Of a stretch of DNA of 64,000 bases, positions 8,990 through 19,126 are shown piece by piece. Origin of the DNA: Nitrospiraceae bacterium (GTDB lineage Bacteria; Nitrospirota; Nitrospiria; Nitrospirales; Nitrospiraceae); NCBI GenBank assembly GCA_050246315.1, contig JBFWWG010000003.1, positions 224,001 to 288,000 on the forward strand, in the 5' to 3' direction. Numbering within the stretch: position 1 is the first letter of the stretch; the number at the start of each line of letters is the position of its first letter. Both the position numbers and the translations under genes were made by a program. The notes beneath the pieces are model-generated. The model made no database searches. It saw nothing but the letters and a program-made list of their open reading frames with translations, and was not told where the DNA came from.

Positions 8990-11794
8990 GTGGGAGCCAA
9001 GAAGAAATACGTCTACTTTTTCGGCGACGGGAAGGCAGAAGGCAAGGGCGAGATGAAAAACCTGCTGGGAGGCAAAGGCGCCGGCCTGGCCGAGATGACG
9101 AACCTGAAGATATCCGTGCCCGCCGGCTTCACCATCACCACCGAAGCCTGCGTCGAATACTACAAGCGCGGCAAGACCTATCCGTCGGGGATGTGGGAGG
9201 AAGCGCTCCAAGCCTTGAAGCGTGTCGAACGATCAATGGGAGCCAAGTTCGGCGACCCCGCGAATCCTTTGCTGGTGTCGGTGCGATCCGGCGCCCGCGC
9301 CTCCATGCCCGGCATGATGGACACGGTGTTGAACGTCGGGTTGACGACCAAGACCGTCGAGGGTCTGGCGGCCAAGACCCGCAACGAGCGCTTTGCTCAG
9401 GACAGTTACCGGCGGTTCGTCACGATGTTCGGTAGCATCGTGATGGGCGTCTCGCGCGAGCATTTCGAGGAAATCCTCGCCCACAAGAAGGCCGAACTGG
9501 GCCTAACCCAGGACACCCATTTGGACGCGAAAGCCCTTCGCGAATTAGTGGCCAGCTTCAAAGAGCTGATTCACCACGATACCGGCGAGACCTTCCCCGA
9601 CGACCCCATCGACCAATTGCGAATGGCCACCAATGCCGTGTTTTCGTCCTGGTACGGAGCGCGCGCCATCACCTACCGCAAGCTCTACAGCATTCCCGAT
9701 ACCTGGGGCACCGCCGTCAACGTGGTGGCGATGGTGTTCGGCAATATGGGTGAAACAAGCGGCACCGGCGTGGCATTCACGAGGGATCCCTCCACTGGCG
9801 AAAAACGGTTCTTCGGCGAATGCCTCCTGAACGCGCAGGGCGAGGACGTGGTCGCAGGCATTCGCACGCCGCTGCCCGTTGCCGAACTGGGGAAGACCGT
9901 ACCGCATGCGTTTCGGGATTTGGAGACTACCTATAAGAAGCTGGAGAAGCACTATCGCGACATGCTCGACATCGAGTTCACGATCCAGGAAGGCAAACTC
10001 TACATGTTGCAGACCAGAGTCGGGAAACGGACCGGCATCGCCGCCGTCCGGATTGCCGCAGACATGGTCAAGGAAGGACTGATCACAAGAGAAGAGGCGG
10101 TCAGGCGGGTTGAACCGGACCACCTCTCTCAATACCTCTATCCGATTTTCGACCTGGCGGAAGAATCCAAGCGATCGCCGCTCGGCAAAGGGCTACCGGC
10201 TGGGCCGGGGGCCGCCGCCGGAAAGATCGCCCTCACGCCGGATCGCGCCGTCGAAATGCAGGCGGCGGGCAGCCGGGTCATCCTGGTCCGTCAAGAAACC
10301 AGTCCGGACGACATCCACGGCATGAACGCCTCGCTCGGCTTTCTCACGGCGCGCGGCGGCATGACGTCCCACGCCGCAGTCGTTGCCCGGCAAATGGGAA
10401 AGGTCTGCGTGGCCGGTTGTGAGGGCGTGGAGGTGGAGGGGAACCAAAGTGTGCGGATCGGCAACAAGGTATTCCGCGAGGGCGACTATCTCTCGATCAA
10501 CGGATCGACCGGCAACGTCTACGACGGGGATATTCCGGTCGTCGCTTCGGAGGTCATTCAGGTCCTGGAAGGAAAACTCGCTTCGGCTCAGTCCGACAAG
10601 TACCAACGGTTCGAGACCATTCTAAAATGGGCGGACGAGATCCGCTCGCTCAAGATCCGGGCCAATGCGGACGTCCCGGATCAGGCCCGTATCGCGCGAG
10701 GCTTCGGCGCGGAAGGGATCGGCCTCTGCCGCACGGAACACATGTTCTTCGCCGAGGATCGCATTCCGATCATGCAGAAGATGATCCTGGCCAGGTCGTC
10801 CCAAGACCGTGAGCGATATCTGGAACAACTGCTGCCGCTGCAAAAGCAGGACTTCCTGGGCCTGTACCGGGAGATGAAAGGGCATCCAGTGACGATCCGG
10901 CTGCTCGACCCGCCATTGCACGAATTTCTGCCGAAGCGGGAGGAGTTGATGGTGGAAATTGCGAAATATGAGTTGACCGGCGGCAATCCCGCCATGCTGG
11001 ACGAGAAGCGGAAGTTGTTGGCCCGGGTCGAGGAGTTACACGAGTTCAATCCGATGCTCGGACTCCGCGGCTGCCGCCTCGGCATCACCATGCCGGAGAT
11101 TACCCGGATGCAGGTGCGCGCGATCATCGAAGCCGCGTGCGAAATCGCCAAGGAAGGCAAGAAGATCGTGCCCGAAATCATGATCCCGCTCGTCGGCATG
11201 ATTACGGAAATGAAGGCGCAGAAGGATCTCGTTCGCGAGGTGGCGCAAGAGACGATGAAGCGGCACGGAGTCAAGTTGAACTATCTGGTCGGCACCATGA
11301 TCGAATTGCCGCGGGCGGCCGTCACCGCCGGGCAGATCGCGCAGGAAGCCGAGTTCTTCTCCTTCGGCACCAACGATCTCACGCAGACCACGTTCGGATT
11401 CTCCCGCGACGATGCGGCCAAGTTCGTCGGCATTTACAAGGATCAAAAAATTCTCGAAGCCGACCCCTTTGAGACGATCGACCGGGAAGGGGTGGGCGAG
11501 ATCATGCGCTTGGCCATCGGAGACGGACGCAAGACCCGAGCGGACCTCAAGCTGGGCATCTGCGGAGAGCACGGCGGCGACCCGAGATCCATCGAGTTTT
11601 GTCACCAGTTGGGCCTCGACTATGTGAGCTGTTCTCCTTATCGAGTCGCCATTGCGCGGTTGGCAGCGGCACACTCGGTCTTGAACGGCAAGCCAGCCGG
11701 AAAGCCATCGGCCAAGGAGAGAAAGAGCGGCATGTCCGCTCGCGCCAGGACGTCGGTCAGCCGCGCCAAGAAGGCGCGTCGCGCAAAGCGGTGA
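8990..11794 (+). CDS. ppdK: Pyruvate, phosphate dikinase
   Basis: KKYVYFF...LLGGKGAGLAEM, GGMTSHAAVVAR (phospho-His), GIGLCRTEHMF, FFSFGTNDLTQ, GICGEHGG. GTG start at 8990 behind AAGGAG. Confidence 0.97.
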   Translation: MGAKKKYVYFFGDGKAEGKGEMKNLLGGKGAGLAEMTNLKISVPAGFTITTEACVEYYKRGKTYPSGMWEEALQALKRVERSMGAKFGDPANPLLVSVRSGARASMPGMMDTVLNVGLTTKTVEGLAAKTRNERFAQDSYRRFVTMFGSIVMGVSREHFEEILAHKKAELGLTQDTHLDAKALRELVASFKELIHHDTGETFPDDPIDQLRMATNAVFSSWYGARAITYRKLYSIPDTWGTAVNVVAMVFGNMGETSGTGVAFTRDPSTGEKRFFGECLLNAQGEDVVAGIRTPLPVAELGKTVPHAFRDLETTYKKLEKHYRDMLDIEFTIQEGKLYMLQTRVGKRTGIAAVRIAADMVKEGLITREEAVRRVEPDHLSQYLYPIFDLAEESKRSPLGKGLPAGPGAAAGKIALTPDRAVEMQAAGSRVILVRQETSPDDIHGMNASLGFLTARGGMTSHAAVVARQMGKVCVAGCEGVEVEGNQSVRIGNKVFREGDYLSINGSTGNVYDGDIPVVASEVIQVLEGKLASAQSDKYQRFETILKWADEIRSLKIRANADVPDQARIARGFGAEGIGLCRTEHMFFAEDRIPIMQKMILARSSQDRERYLEQLLPLQKQDFLGLYREMKGHPVTIRLLDPPLHEFLPKREELMVEIAKYELTGGNPAMLDEKRKLLARVEELHEFNPMLGLRGCRLGITMPEITRMQVRAIIEAACEIAKEGKKIVPEIMIPLVGMITEMKAQKDLVREVAQETMKRHGVKLNYLVGTMIELPRAAVTAGQIAQEAEFFSFGTNDLTQTTFGFSRDDAAKFVGIYKDQKILEADPFETIDREGVGEIMRLAIGDGRKTRADLKLGICGEHGGDPRSIEFCHQLGLDYVSCSPYRVAIARLAAAHSVLNGKPAGKPSAKERKSGMSARARTSVSRAKKARRAKR

Positions 11795-12945
11795 CACACT
11801 CGGAGACCGACGGACGCTTCATGGGTCTGGCCCTCAGGCTCGCCGCGCGCGGGAAGGGCCGGACCAGTCCCAATCCGATGGTGGGAGCGGTGGTCGTCTC
11901 CGGCGGACGCATCGTCGGCCAGGCGTACCATCGAAAAGCCGGCGAATCCCATGCCGAGGTGTTGGCCCTGCATCAGGCCGGTCCTCGTGCGCGCGGCGCC
12001 ACCCTCTATCTGACGCTCGAGCCCTGCTGCCACCACAACAAGCGCACCCCGCCCTGTGTCCCACTGCTGATCGCCGCTCACCTTCGCCGGGTCGTGGTGG
12101 CGATGAAGGACCCAAATCCCTCGGTCCGTGGACGCGGCATCCGAGCCCTTCACCGAGCCGGGATTTCGGTCTCAGTCGGCTGCCTTGGAAACGAAGCGGC
12201 GGCGCTCAACCGCATCTATTGCCATTGGATGACAACGGGCAGACCGTGGGTGATTCTCAAGGCCGGCATGACGCTCGACGGAAAGATCGCCACGGCCCGC
12301 GGAGAATCGCAATGGATCACTGGGCCGCGCGCCCGGCGCGAGGCGCATCGGCTCCGAGCTGAAGTCGATGCCATTCTGGTCGGGATCGGGACCGTGCGGG
12401 CCGATGATCCGAAGCTCACGGTCCGACTGCCCCGTAGGGCAGGACGGTCCGGAGCGGTTCGATCGGCGCACCCGCTGCGGGTCATCGTGGACAGCAACTT
12501 GGCGATTCCGCCCACCGCATCGGTCATCTCTCAACTCGCCCGTGCCGACACAATGATTGCCACCACCACGAATGCGCCGCTGCGGCGAGTGAGGGATCTC
12601 AGGCAGGCCGGAGTCGAGGTGTTGCAGTTGCCGGATCGACAAGGTCGTGTTCCGATGGCAAGGCTTCTGCGGGAGTTAGGCCGGCGAGGGATTTCGTCCC
12701 TTCTCGTGGAAGGGGGCGGCACGATTAGCGCCGCGTTCTGGAAGGAGAGGCTTGTGAACGAAGCGCGACTCTTTGTGGCGCCGCTCCTGCTGGGAGGACA
12801 GGATGCCATATCGGTGATTGGCGGCGCGTCGCCGGGCCGGCTGGCCGACGCAGTGAAACTACAGAGCGTGCGTGTTCGTCAGGTAGGATCGGATTTCCTC
12901 GTGCAGGGATTAGTCCCGCCACCATCAACGTCCCGCCACCGTTGA
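11791..12945 (+). CDS. ribD: Riboflavin biosynthesis deaminase/reductase
   Basis: TSPNPMVGAV, HAEV, TLEPCCH...TPPC, TLDGKIAT, LLVEGG. GTG start overlaps the ppdK stop. Confidence 0.95.
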   Translation: MTHSETDGRFMGLALRLAARGKGRTSPNPMVGAVVVSGGRIVGQAYHRKAGESHAEVLALHQAGPRARGATLYLTLEPCCHHNKRTPPCVPLLIAAHLRRVVVAMKDPNPSVRGRGIRALHRAGISVSVGCLGNEAAALNRIYCHWMTTGRPWVILKAGMTLDGKIATARGESQWITGPRARREAHRLRAEVDAILVGIGTVRADDPKLTVRLPRRAGRSGAVRSAHPLRVIVDSNLAIPPTASVISQLARADTMIATTTNAPLRRVRDLRQAGVEVLQLPDRQGRVPMARLLRELGRRGISSLLVEGGGTISAAFWKERLVNEARLFVAPLLLGGQDAISVIGGASPGRLADAVKLQSVRVRQVGSDFLVQGLVPPPSTSRHR

Positions 12946-12952
12946 AATCAGA

Positions 12953-14332
12953 ATGCGACCGCACGATCGTCACACATCGCTCTCGATCATCGCCCTCTGG
13001 TTAGGCTTCCTGTTGCCCATTGCGGCTAGTCCCAGCAGCGCAGAAGAGAGTCCGCCCTCTTCCGACAACCTTGTCCGCGAATACCTCGACACGCCGGACG
13101 CGGAGCGGGCCGACCACCTGCTCTCCACAATCCTTGCCGATCCTCGTTCCACCCTCTCAGTCGTGCGCGACCAGATCTTGCGCCCGCGCGAGTATGGCCC
13201 GGCCGCTACCGGCGTTCAGCTCAACGTTCCATTGTCGGTGCGAGGCCGGTCGCACAACTTTGCCCTCTTTGTGCCGGAGCACTATCAGCCGACCCGCGAC
13301 TACGGCCTGGTGATCTGCCTCCACGGAGCCGGGTTCACGGGCGAGGCCTATCTCGATCGATGGAAACCACGCCTGGGAGACGACTACATCCTGGCCTGTC
13401 CGACCTACGGCATGGGCGCCTGGTGGGAGCGAGGCGCCGAGGAATTGGTCCTGGCCACGATGCGAACCGTCTGGTCTCACTACCGTATCGACCGCAACCG
13501 AGTGTTCCTCACCGGCATGTCGAACGGCGGGATCGGGGCCTGGATCATCGGGATGCATCACGCCGATCTGTTTGCCGGCTTGGCCCCCATGGCCTCAGGC
13601 ATCGACGATGTGTTGTATCCGTTCTTGTCGAACCTGCGCACGACACCGGTCTACATGATCCACGGCTCGCAGGACGAGGTCATGCCGGTGCGGCTCAGCC
13701 GCGAATTGGCGGCCGAGCTGACCAAGCTGGGGTACGAGTTCGTCTATCGCGAGCATGACCGTAGCCATCCGATGGCGGGAGGCCACTTTTTCCCTCGTGA
13801 GGAGTTACCGGCGCTGGTGGATTGGATGAACAAACGACAGCGAGTCGTCTGGCCGATGCACCTTTCGACGACGCGGGACGCCAGCCATTTGGAAGCGTTT
13901 GCGTGGACTCGAATTGATGCGACCGACCGAATCGCCATGTTCAGCGAGAATCTCTTCGAGGGCACAGATCGCTTCATTACAGACCGCGTCTATGCGAAGC
14001 TCGACGCCCAGATTGTCGAGCGGAACCGGATCGAGGTCCGGGCGAAACATGTGCTGCGCTATTCGTTGTTCCTGAACGAAGAGCTGATCGACCTCTCTCG
14101 ACCGGTTGTGGTCATCACGAACGGGACAGAAAGTTTCCGGGGGCTTCTCACACCCTCCGTCGAAACGATGTTGCGGCAGGCCAGGCTCCGCGGCGATCCG
14201 AACCGAACCTTCTCCGTCCAGGTCACGATCACAACCATCCCGGCGGACGACCCAGTCGATCGACTGGAACAAACCGAACCGGTCAAGCCAAGCTCACCGG
14301 CCTCGCCGTCTCCCAGCCCGGACCTTCCATGA
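12953..14332 (+). CDS. Secreted alpha/beta hydrolase (esterase/peptidase-like)
   Basis: Signal peptide, ICLHGAG, nucleophile elbow GMSNG, HGSQDEV, GGH. Confidence 0.75.
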   Translation: MRPHDRHTSLSIIALWLGFLLPIAASPSSAEESPPSSDNLVREYLDTPDAERADHLLSTILADPRSTLSVVRDQILRPREYGPAATGVQLNVPLSVRGRSHNFALFVPEHYQPTRDYGLVICLHGAGFTGEAYLDRWKPRLGDDYILACPTYGMGAWWERGAEELVLATMRTVWSHYRIDRNRVFLTGMSNGGIGAWIIGMHHADLFAGLAPMASGIDDVLYPFLSNLRTTPVYMIHGSQDEVMPVRLSRELAAELTKLGYEFVYREHDRSHPMAGGHFFPREELPALVDWMNKRQRVVWPMHLSTTRDASHLEAFAWTRIDATDRIAMFSENLFEGTDRFITDRVYAKLDAQIVERNRIEVRAKHVLRYSLFLNEELIDLSRPVVVITNGTESFRGLLTPSVETMLRQARLRGDPNRTFSVQVTITTIPADDPVDRLEQTEPVKPSSPASPSPSPDLP

Positions 14333-15507
14333 CACGCCAGCAGAGCTATGCCACCCTCTGCGCGGTCGGGGTCTGTTGTTTCATCAGCTATAACCTCATC
14401 CGCATGCCGGTCCTTTCACTGTTCGCACAGTCGCTCGGAGCCTCGCCGGAGGAAATCGGCCTGATCGTGTCCGTCTCCACCTTGACCGGCGTGTTGTTGA
14501 AACTGCCGGGCGGGGCCCTGTCGGATATCTATGGACGACGCCTGCTGCTTCGCATCGGGGTCCTGGCCTTCGGACTGCCGCCTTTCGTCTATCCCTTCAT
14601 CACCGAAATCGGGACCTTGACGGGATTGCGATTCGTGCACGGCCTGGCCACGGCGCTCTTTGCTCCCGCCGCCTTGGCAACCGTGGCGGAGCTCTTCCAG
14701 GAACGACGCGGCGCGGCCTTGGGTGGCTACACCGCATCCACGCAAGCCGGTGCCCTGCTGGGCCCAGTCCTCGGTGGTTGGCTTGTTTATGCGGTCGGCT
14801 TCCCCACGACCTTCATCACGGCCGGCCTTTGCGGCGGTCTCGGCTTGATCTGCTTTCTGGCACTGCGGCTCAGTCCTCCTCCGCCTCTGGGAGAGAAGAG
14901 CCTGCGACGAGTCGCGCAGGAAATGTGGCAGGGGTTCCGTATCGTCGCCAACAATACGGCGGTCCTCGTCACTAGTGCGACCGACGGCGCCAAGATGATC
15001 GCCAACGGCGCCCTCATGGCGTTTCTTCCGATCTATGGCACTTCAGTCGGATTGAATCCGGGCCAGATCGGCGTTCTCTTCGGTGTGCAGGGCGTCACCT
15101 CGTTTCTGTCTAAACCGATCATGGGCCGAGCCTCCGACCACATCGGCCGGCGGCCGTTGATCCTTCTGGGACTATTGCTCTGCGCGGTCTCCTTCGTCCT
15201 GATTCCACAAGTCGCAACCTTTCCCGCGCTCATCGTTCTGGCGGCTCTATTCGGCTATGGGGAGGCGGTGGTCTCCTCATCGACCTCCGCCCTCGTGGCG
15301 GATGTCTCCGACATCAAGCGGCTCGGGGCGGGGATGGGCATGCAGGGCACGATCATGGACATCGGCCACGCGAGCGGCCCCCTGCTGGCCGGATTCCTGA
15401 TTGCGGTATCGGGCTATGCGATCACCTTCGCCATCATTGCCGCCATTCAACTTCTCGCAGCCGGGCTGTTCTGGTCGACAGTCCGCCCGTCGTCTCCCCC
15501 TCAATAA
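14329..15507 (+). CDS. MFS transporter
   Basis: About 12 TM segments; GALSDIYGRR and GRASDHIGRR motif A. Confidence 0.9.
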   Translation: MTRQQSYATLCAVGVCCFISYNLIRMPVLSLFAQSLGASPEEIGLIVSVSTLTGVLLKLPGGALSDIYGRRLLLRIGVLAFGLPPFVYPFITEIGTLTGLRFVHGLATALFAPAALATVAELFQERRGAALGGYTASTQAGALLGPVLGGWLVYAVGFPTTFITAGLCGGLGLICFLALRLSPPPPLGEKSLRRVAQEMWQGFRIVANNTAVLVTSATDGAKMIANGALMAFLPIYGTSVGLNPGQIGVLFGVQGVTSFLSKPIMGRASDHIGRRPLILLGLLLCAVSFVLIPQVATFPALIVLAALFGYGEAVVSSSTSALVADVSDIKRLGAGMGMQGTIMDIGHASGPLLAGFLIAVSGYAITFAIIAAIQLLAAGLFWSTVRPSSPPQ

Positions 15508-15547
15508 CGAGCGAAGCGAGCCGCGCAGAGTCCGTCAGGACCTGAGC

Positions 15548-15620
15548 GATCGTGCGTGTGCTTTCGCACGATCCGCGCATCGTGCTTTCGCACAACCCGC
15601 GCATCGTGCTTTTGAACGAC
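15548..15620. repeat. 24-bp tandem repeat (about 2.5 copies) with an overlapping 9-bp hairpin
   Basis: GTGCTTTCGCACGATCCGCGCATC (15558-15581), GTGCTTTCGCACAACCCGCGCATC (15582-15605), partial third copy; GATCGTGCG-N8-CGCACGATC at 15548-15573. Confidence 0.7.
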
Positions 15621-15878
15621 ACACCGTTGCCTTTCACGGATTAGGCACATCCGCATCTCCTACCCATGACGAGATCCCAGCCGAAGACGGCGTCAAAAAG
15701 CGGATGGGATGTGTCGAAGAACAGAATCGCATGGTCTTGCGAGGCGATAGAGCATGTGGCAACCACGCTGGACTAGCGGTCTGGTCTGTCCGTAGTGCAA
15801 CCTCTGGGGATTGATAATTGCATGAAGGTCTCAATAGTCCATGGCTTCACACCATCGACCAACCATGGCGAGGATCAG

Positions 15879-16511
15879 ATGAATCTCAAAGGTCTCATTC
15901 ATCGAGAACTGGGGGAAGGACTCACCGAGAAAGAGCTGGCCACTGCGATCGGTGTCTCTCCGCGAACCATCGACAGGATTCTCGCGAATCAGCCCCCGAA
16001 CGATCCAGCCGTCTGGCATCGGTTCGCCAAGTACTTTCGGATGGATGCGGATTTCCTTCGCGCCGGTGGTCCGAATACGCGGGCTGCACGTTCCAAGAAG
16101 GGCGACGTGGCCCCGACCGTCCCGATGAGAAAGGTTCCGTTGGTGAGTTGGGAGGCGATCGGTCGAGTGGTTGCAGGCGAACCCGACGCCATCCACCACG
16201 ATGGCGCTGCGATGATCGAAACGGATGTTCAAGGGCCGCGCACGTTTGCTCTACGTGTGAAGGACGATTCCATGTATCCGCTCTTCGGTAAAGGCGAGGT
16301 CATTTTCGTCAACCCGGATTTCGACCGTGAGCCGGGACAGTATGTCATCGCGGGTCCGCGCCAGACTCCTGACCAGGCGGTCTTGAGAGAACTCCGAATG
16401 ATCGGAGACCATTACGTATTGCACCCGCTCAATCGAGGACGGAAGGATCTGCTCATGACGGAAGACTACTGCCTGTGGGGTAAAGTCATCCGGTTGCGAA
16501 AGAACCTTTGA
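15879..16511 (+). CDS. XRE-type HTH plus S24 (LexA/CI-like) domain regulator
   Basis: N-terminal HTH (LTEKELATAIGVSPRTIDRIL); C-terminal FALRVKDDSMYP...LHPLN...GKVI. Confidence 0.85.
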   Translation: MNLKGLIHRELGEGLTEKELATAIGVSPRTIDRILANQPPNDPAVWHRFAKYFRMDADFLRAGGPNTRAARSKKGDVAPTVPMRKVPLVSWEAIGRVVAGEPDAIHHDGAAMIETDVQGPRTFALRVKDDSMYPLFGKGEVIFVNPDFDREPGQYVIAGPRQTPDQAVLRELRMIGDHYVLHPLNRGRKDLLMTEDYCLWGKVIRLRKNL

Positions 16512-16548
16512 ACAACGTGTTTCTGAACCCTCTCACGGAAAGGAGCGC

Positions 16549-17355
16549 ATGATGACACGACACACTCTGTGGCAGGCAGCCGTTCTCACAACGGGCGTAT
16601 TCGGGCTACTCGGCTTGACAACCTTTGCCGGCGCCGCTCCAGGAGCCGAAGCGGATGCTCACCAACTGTTGCCGGGAGACCGAGTTCTCATCGGCACGGT
16701 TGAGAGCATTCGAAGCGACCAGGCCCAAGTCAAGACCGGCGAGTTGCAGCCACGTTTCGTCCCTCTTGGGGTGCGCAGAGCCAAGGGACTGCCGGACCTG
16801 AAACCAGGCGATCGCCTCGAGATCACGGTCAATGATCAGAACCTCCTCGTAGATGCGCACGTGACCGGCGAATCAAGCCATCACCTGGTCGTGCATGGCC
16901 AATTGGCTCAGCCGTTGGTCACCGGTCACGACAAGGCGGTCATTCGCACCCCCGACGGAAAAGAGGAGTCGCACTTCGTACGGCCTGTCGCCAGAGCCAA
17001 GACGGCTTCCATTCCGGTGGGCGTGGATGCGGTCTTCCTCATCGACGAATTGAATCGGATCGTGGACGTGACCTTCGAGAGCAAGGAAGCGGTCCATCGT
17101 GCCGCCGAACTCTGGCAAAAGATGACGCCGCTGAAGAGCAACTTTCGCCGAGAGAACGTGGTGGTTGTGAAACCCTTGGAGCATGACATGATTGCGGTTC
17201 GGACGGATGAGGGAAACGAGCGCCGATACGAAGTTCGCCCGCTCGTTCAACCTCGGATGGCGCAGTTGGCGAAGGGCGATGAAGCCGTGTTGTTGATGGA
17301 TGACGAAAGTAAAGTGACGGACGTGGCCATTCCGCGACATGTCAAAGAGAACTAA
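16549..17355 (+). CDS. Hypothetical exported protein with internally repeated beta-rich domains
   Basis: AAGGAG RBS, signal peptide, repeated segments (VRPVARAK...VFLIDELNRIVDV and VRPLVQPR...VLLMDDESKVTDV). Confidence 0.7.
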   Translation: MMTRHTLWQAAVLTTGVFGLLGLTTFAGAAPGAEADAHQLLPGDRVLIGTVESIRSDQAQVKTGELQPRFVPLGVRRAKGLPDLKPGDRLEITVNDQNLLVDAHVTGESSHHLVVHGQLAQPLVTGHDKAVIRTPDGKEESHFVRPVARAKTASIPVGVDAVFLIDELNRIVDVTFESKEAVHRAAELWQKMTPLKSNFRRENVVVVKPLEHDMIAVRTDEGNERRYEVRPLVQPRMAQLAKGDEAVLLMDDESKVTDVAIPRHVKEN

Positions 17356-17395
17356 TGTGGGCCGCTAGTCCGCATGGTTCATGATGACTTCCACT

Positions 17396-17450
17396 GCTAC
17401 CGCCGTACAACCCGTTGTCGATCGACGGCAACGGGTTGTACGGCGGTAGC
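17396..17450. repeat. Perfect 22-bp inverted repeat (hairpin)
   Basis: GCTACCGCCGTACAACCCGTTG-N11-CAACGGGTTGTACGGCGGTAGC. Confidence 0.85.
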
Positions 17451-17823
17451 GCCATAGGAGTAGCCCTTCCGCTCCTGCGTATCAGCCCCTACCTCGCCCC
17501 TGAACCTGACTCGCTCGTGCTCGTTTCCGTCTCTCGCTTCCATCGGGTCTACCGAGTAGCCCCGGCACCGGATGAGCCTACCCGGCTGTCTATCGCCCGC
17601 TGCTTGCTCCTCGACCGAGCAGTGCAGCATCACTCCGTGTCGCAATCCACTCTCGGTGTCATCCGGTGAATACAGCACATCGCCTGCCGCGAGGAACGGG
17701 CCTCCTGGGTGCTGAATTCTTCCGTTCATCGTTCAGCACAACTCTCAGCCCACAACCGCTGGAACCACACGGCGGCCGGATCGAAATGGGCCTCCTAACT
17801 GATGCTATAATGCAGCCGCCTAA

Positions 17824-17965
17824 CCCACATTAGTCATGAACGCTTCTACTGCAACCGCCGATACGCCGCTGCCACGAGCCAGCATGCGGCCTGGAACGCA
17901 GGCGGGCGGGCAGGCTCGCCTGGCGACTCCGCAATTTCTCGACGAACTGTCATGAATAATGCGGG
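17824..17965 (-). mobile_element. MITE-like element, copy 1 (142 bp)
   Basis: Imperfect 16-bp TIRs CCCACATTAGTCATGA / TCATGAATAATGCGGG, flanks CTAA/TTAA. Both ends are homologous, in inverted orientation, to 19805-20014. Confidence 0.7.
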
Positions 17966-18141
17966 TTAAGCGGGCCGTCACACATGAGGGAATACGCCAC
18001 CGAAGATCTCATGATCGGGGTGCTCGCCGCGCTCGACGTGGCTGACGCTCATCGTGGTATTGGTGCTGGTGGTCCGGCAGGTCATGGGAAAGTCCTTACG
18101 CCGCTGGCAAATGAGAATGACTCTCTACGGAGCTGATCGCT

Positions 18142-18798
18142 ATGTTTACCGGCATCGTTGAAGAAATGGGCGCAGTCACCTCGATCGAGAAGTCGCTCGC
18201 AGGCACGCGCATGACCCTTCTGGCCTCGACCGTAATGAGCGATCTGAAGGTCGGGGATAGTGTGAGCGTCAACGGGACTTGTTTGACGGTCGTCAGCAGG
18301 GGAGAGCGGGAATTTTCAGTCGAGGTGTCGCCGGAAACACTGGCGGTCACGACGCTCGGTCGATTGACAGCCGGAGCGCCGGTCAACCTCGAACGGGCCA
18401 TGAGATTGAACGAACGGCTCGGCGGGCACATGGTCGCGGGGCATGTGGACGGTATCGGGACGATTCTCGCCCGACTGCCCGACAGCAACGCGATCATCCT
18501 GGAATGCGAAGCGCCCAAGGAGGTCCTGCGCTATTGCGTGCCGAAGGGCTCGATCACGGTCGATGGCATCAGTCTGACGATCAATCAGGTCACCGACCGG
18601 TCCTTCGCCGTTGCGATCATCCCACACACGGCCAATGTCACCACCTTGGGTCTTATACAAGTCGGCGATCGGGTCAACCTCGAATCAGACTTGATCGGCA
18701 AGTACGTCGAGCGGCTCTTGCAGGAACGCGGCGTGCTCCCCACCAAACCGGCCCCCCCCATCGATGTGGACTATCTCAAGAAACGCGGATTGATTTGA
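18142..18798 (+). CDS. ribE: Riboflavin synthase (alpha chain; ribC in E. coli nomenclature)
   Basis: MFTGIVEE N-terminus, GDSVSVNGTCLTV, VNLERA, GGHMVAGHVDG, KGSITVDGISLT. Confidence 0.96.
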   Translation: MFTGIVEEMGAVTSIEKSLAGTRMTLLASTVMSDLKVGDSVSVNGTCLTVVSRGEREFSVEVSPETLAVTTLGRLTAGAPVNLERAMRLNERLGGHMVAGHVDGIGTILARLPDSNAIILECEAPKEVLRYCVPKGSITVDGISLTINQVTDRSFAVAIIPHTANVTTLGLIQVGDRVNLESDLIGKYVERLLQERGVLPTKPAPPIDVDYLKKRGLI

Positions 18799-18820
18799 TC
18801 GTCCTTCGACTCAAGCCGAA

Positions 18821-18862
18821 TTGACAGCGCTGATATAGACGTATATCCTCACGTATATACGT
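18821..18862 (+). promoter_or_regulatory. vapBC promoter with palindromic operators
   Basis: TTGACA-N17-TATCCT, overlapped by GATATA-N4-TATATC (18832-18847) and followed by the perfect palindrome ACGTATATACGT (18851-18862). Confidence 0.6.
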
Positions 18863-18883
18863 CCACCCCAGAGAGGCGCTGCC

Positions 18884-19126
18884 ATGGCCAAAAAGACCAC
18901 TCGGTTGTTCTTCAGCGGGAATAGCCAGGCCGTCCGCATTCCGAAAGAGTTTCAGATGGAAGGCGATGAGGTCGAGATCCAGCGCAGGGGCAACACCCTT
19001 GTGCTCCGCCCCATGAAAAAGTCCTGGGCAGCGTTGACCGATAGCTTGAAGAACTTTACGCGAGACTTTATGGAAAGCGGACGGCAGCAGCCCCTCTCAC
19101 AGAAACGGAAGCGGCCCTTTTCATGA
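18884..19126 (+). CDS. vapB: VapB antitoxin (AbrB/MazE fold)
   Basis: LFFSGNSQAVRIPKEF; ATGA overlap with the PIN toxin. Confidence 0.9.
   Translation: MAKKTTRLFFSGNSQAVRIPKEFQMEGDEVEIQRRGNTLVLRPMKKSWAALTDSLKNFTRDFMESGRQQPLSQKRKRPFS

Noticed and set aside
15548..15620. Possible mini CRISPR array
   Set aside because: The repeats are contiguous with no unique spacers and no cas genes are present. The same applies to 20465-20514.
15879..17355. Prophage immunity region
   Set aside because: No integrase, divergent cro, replication or structural phage genes are present.
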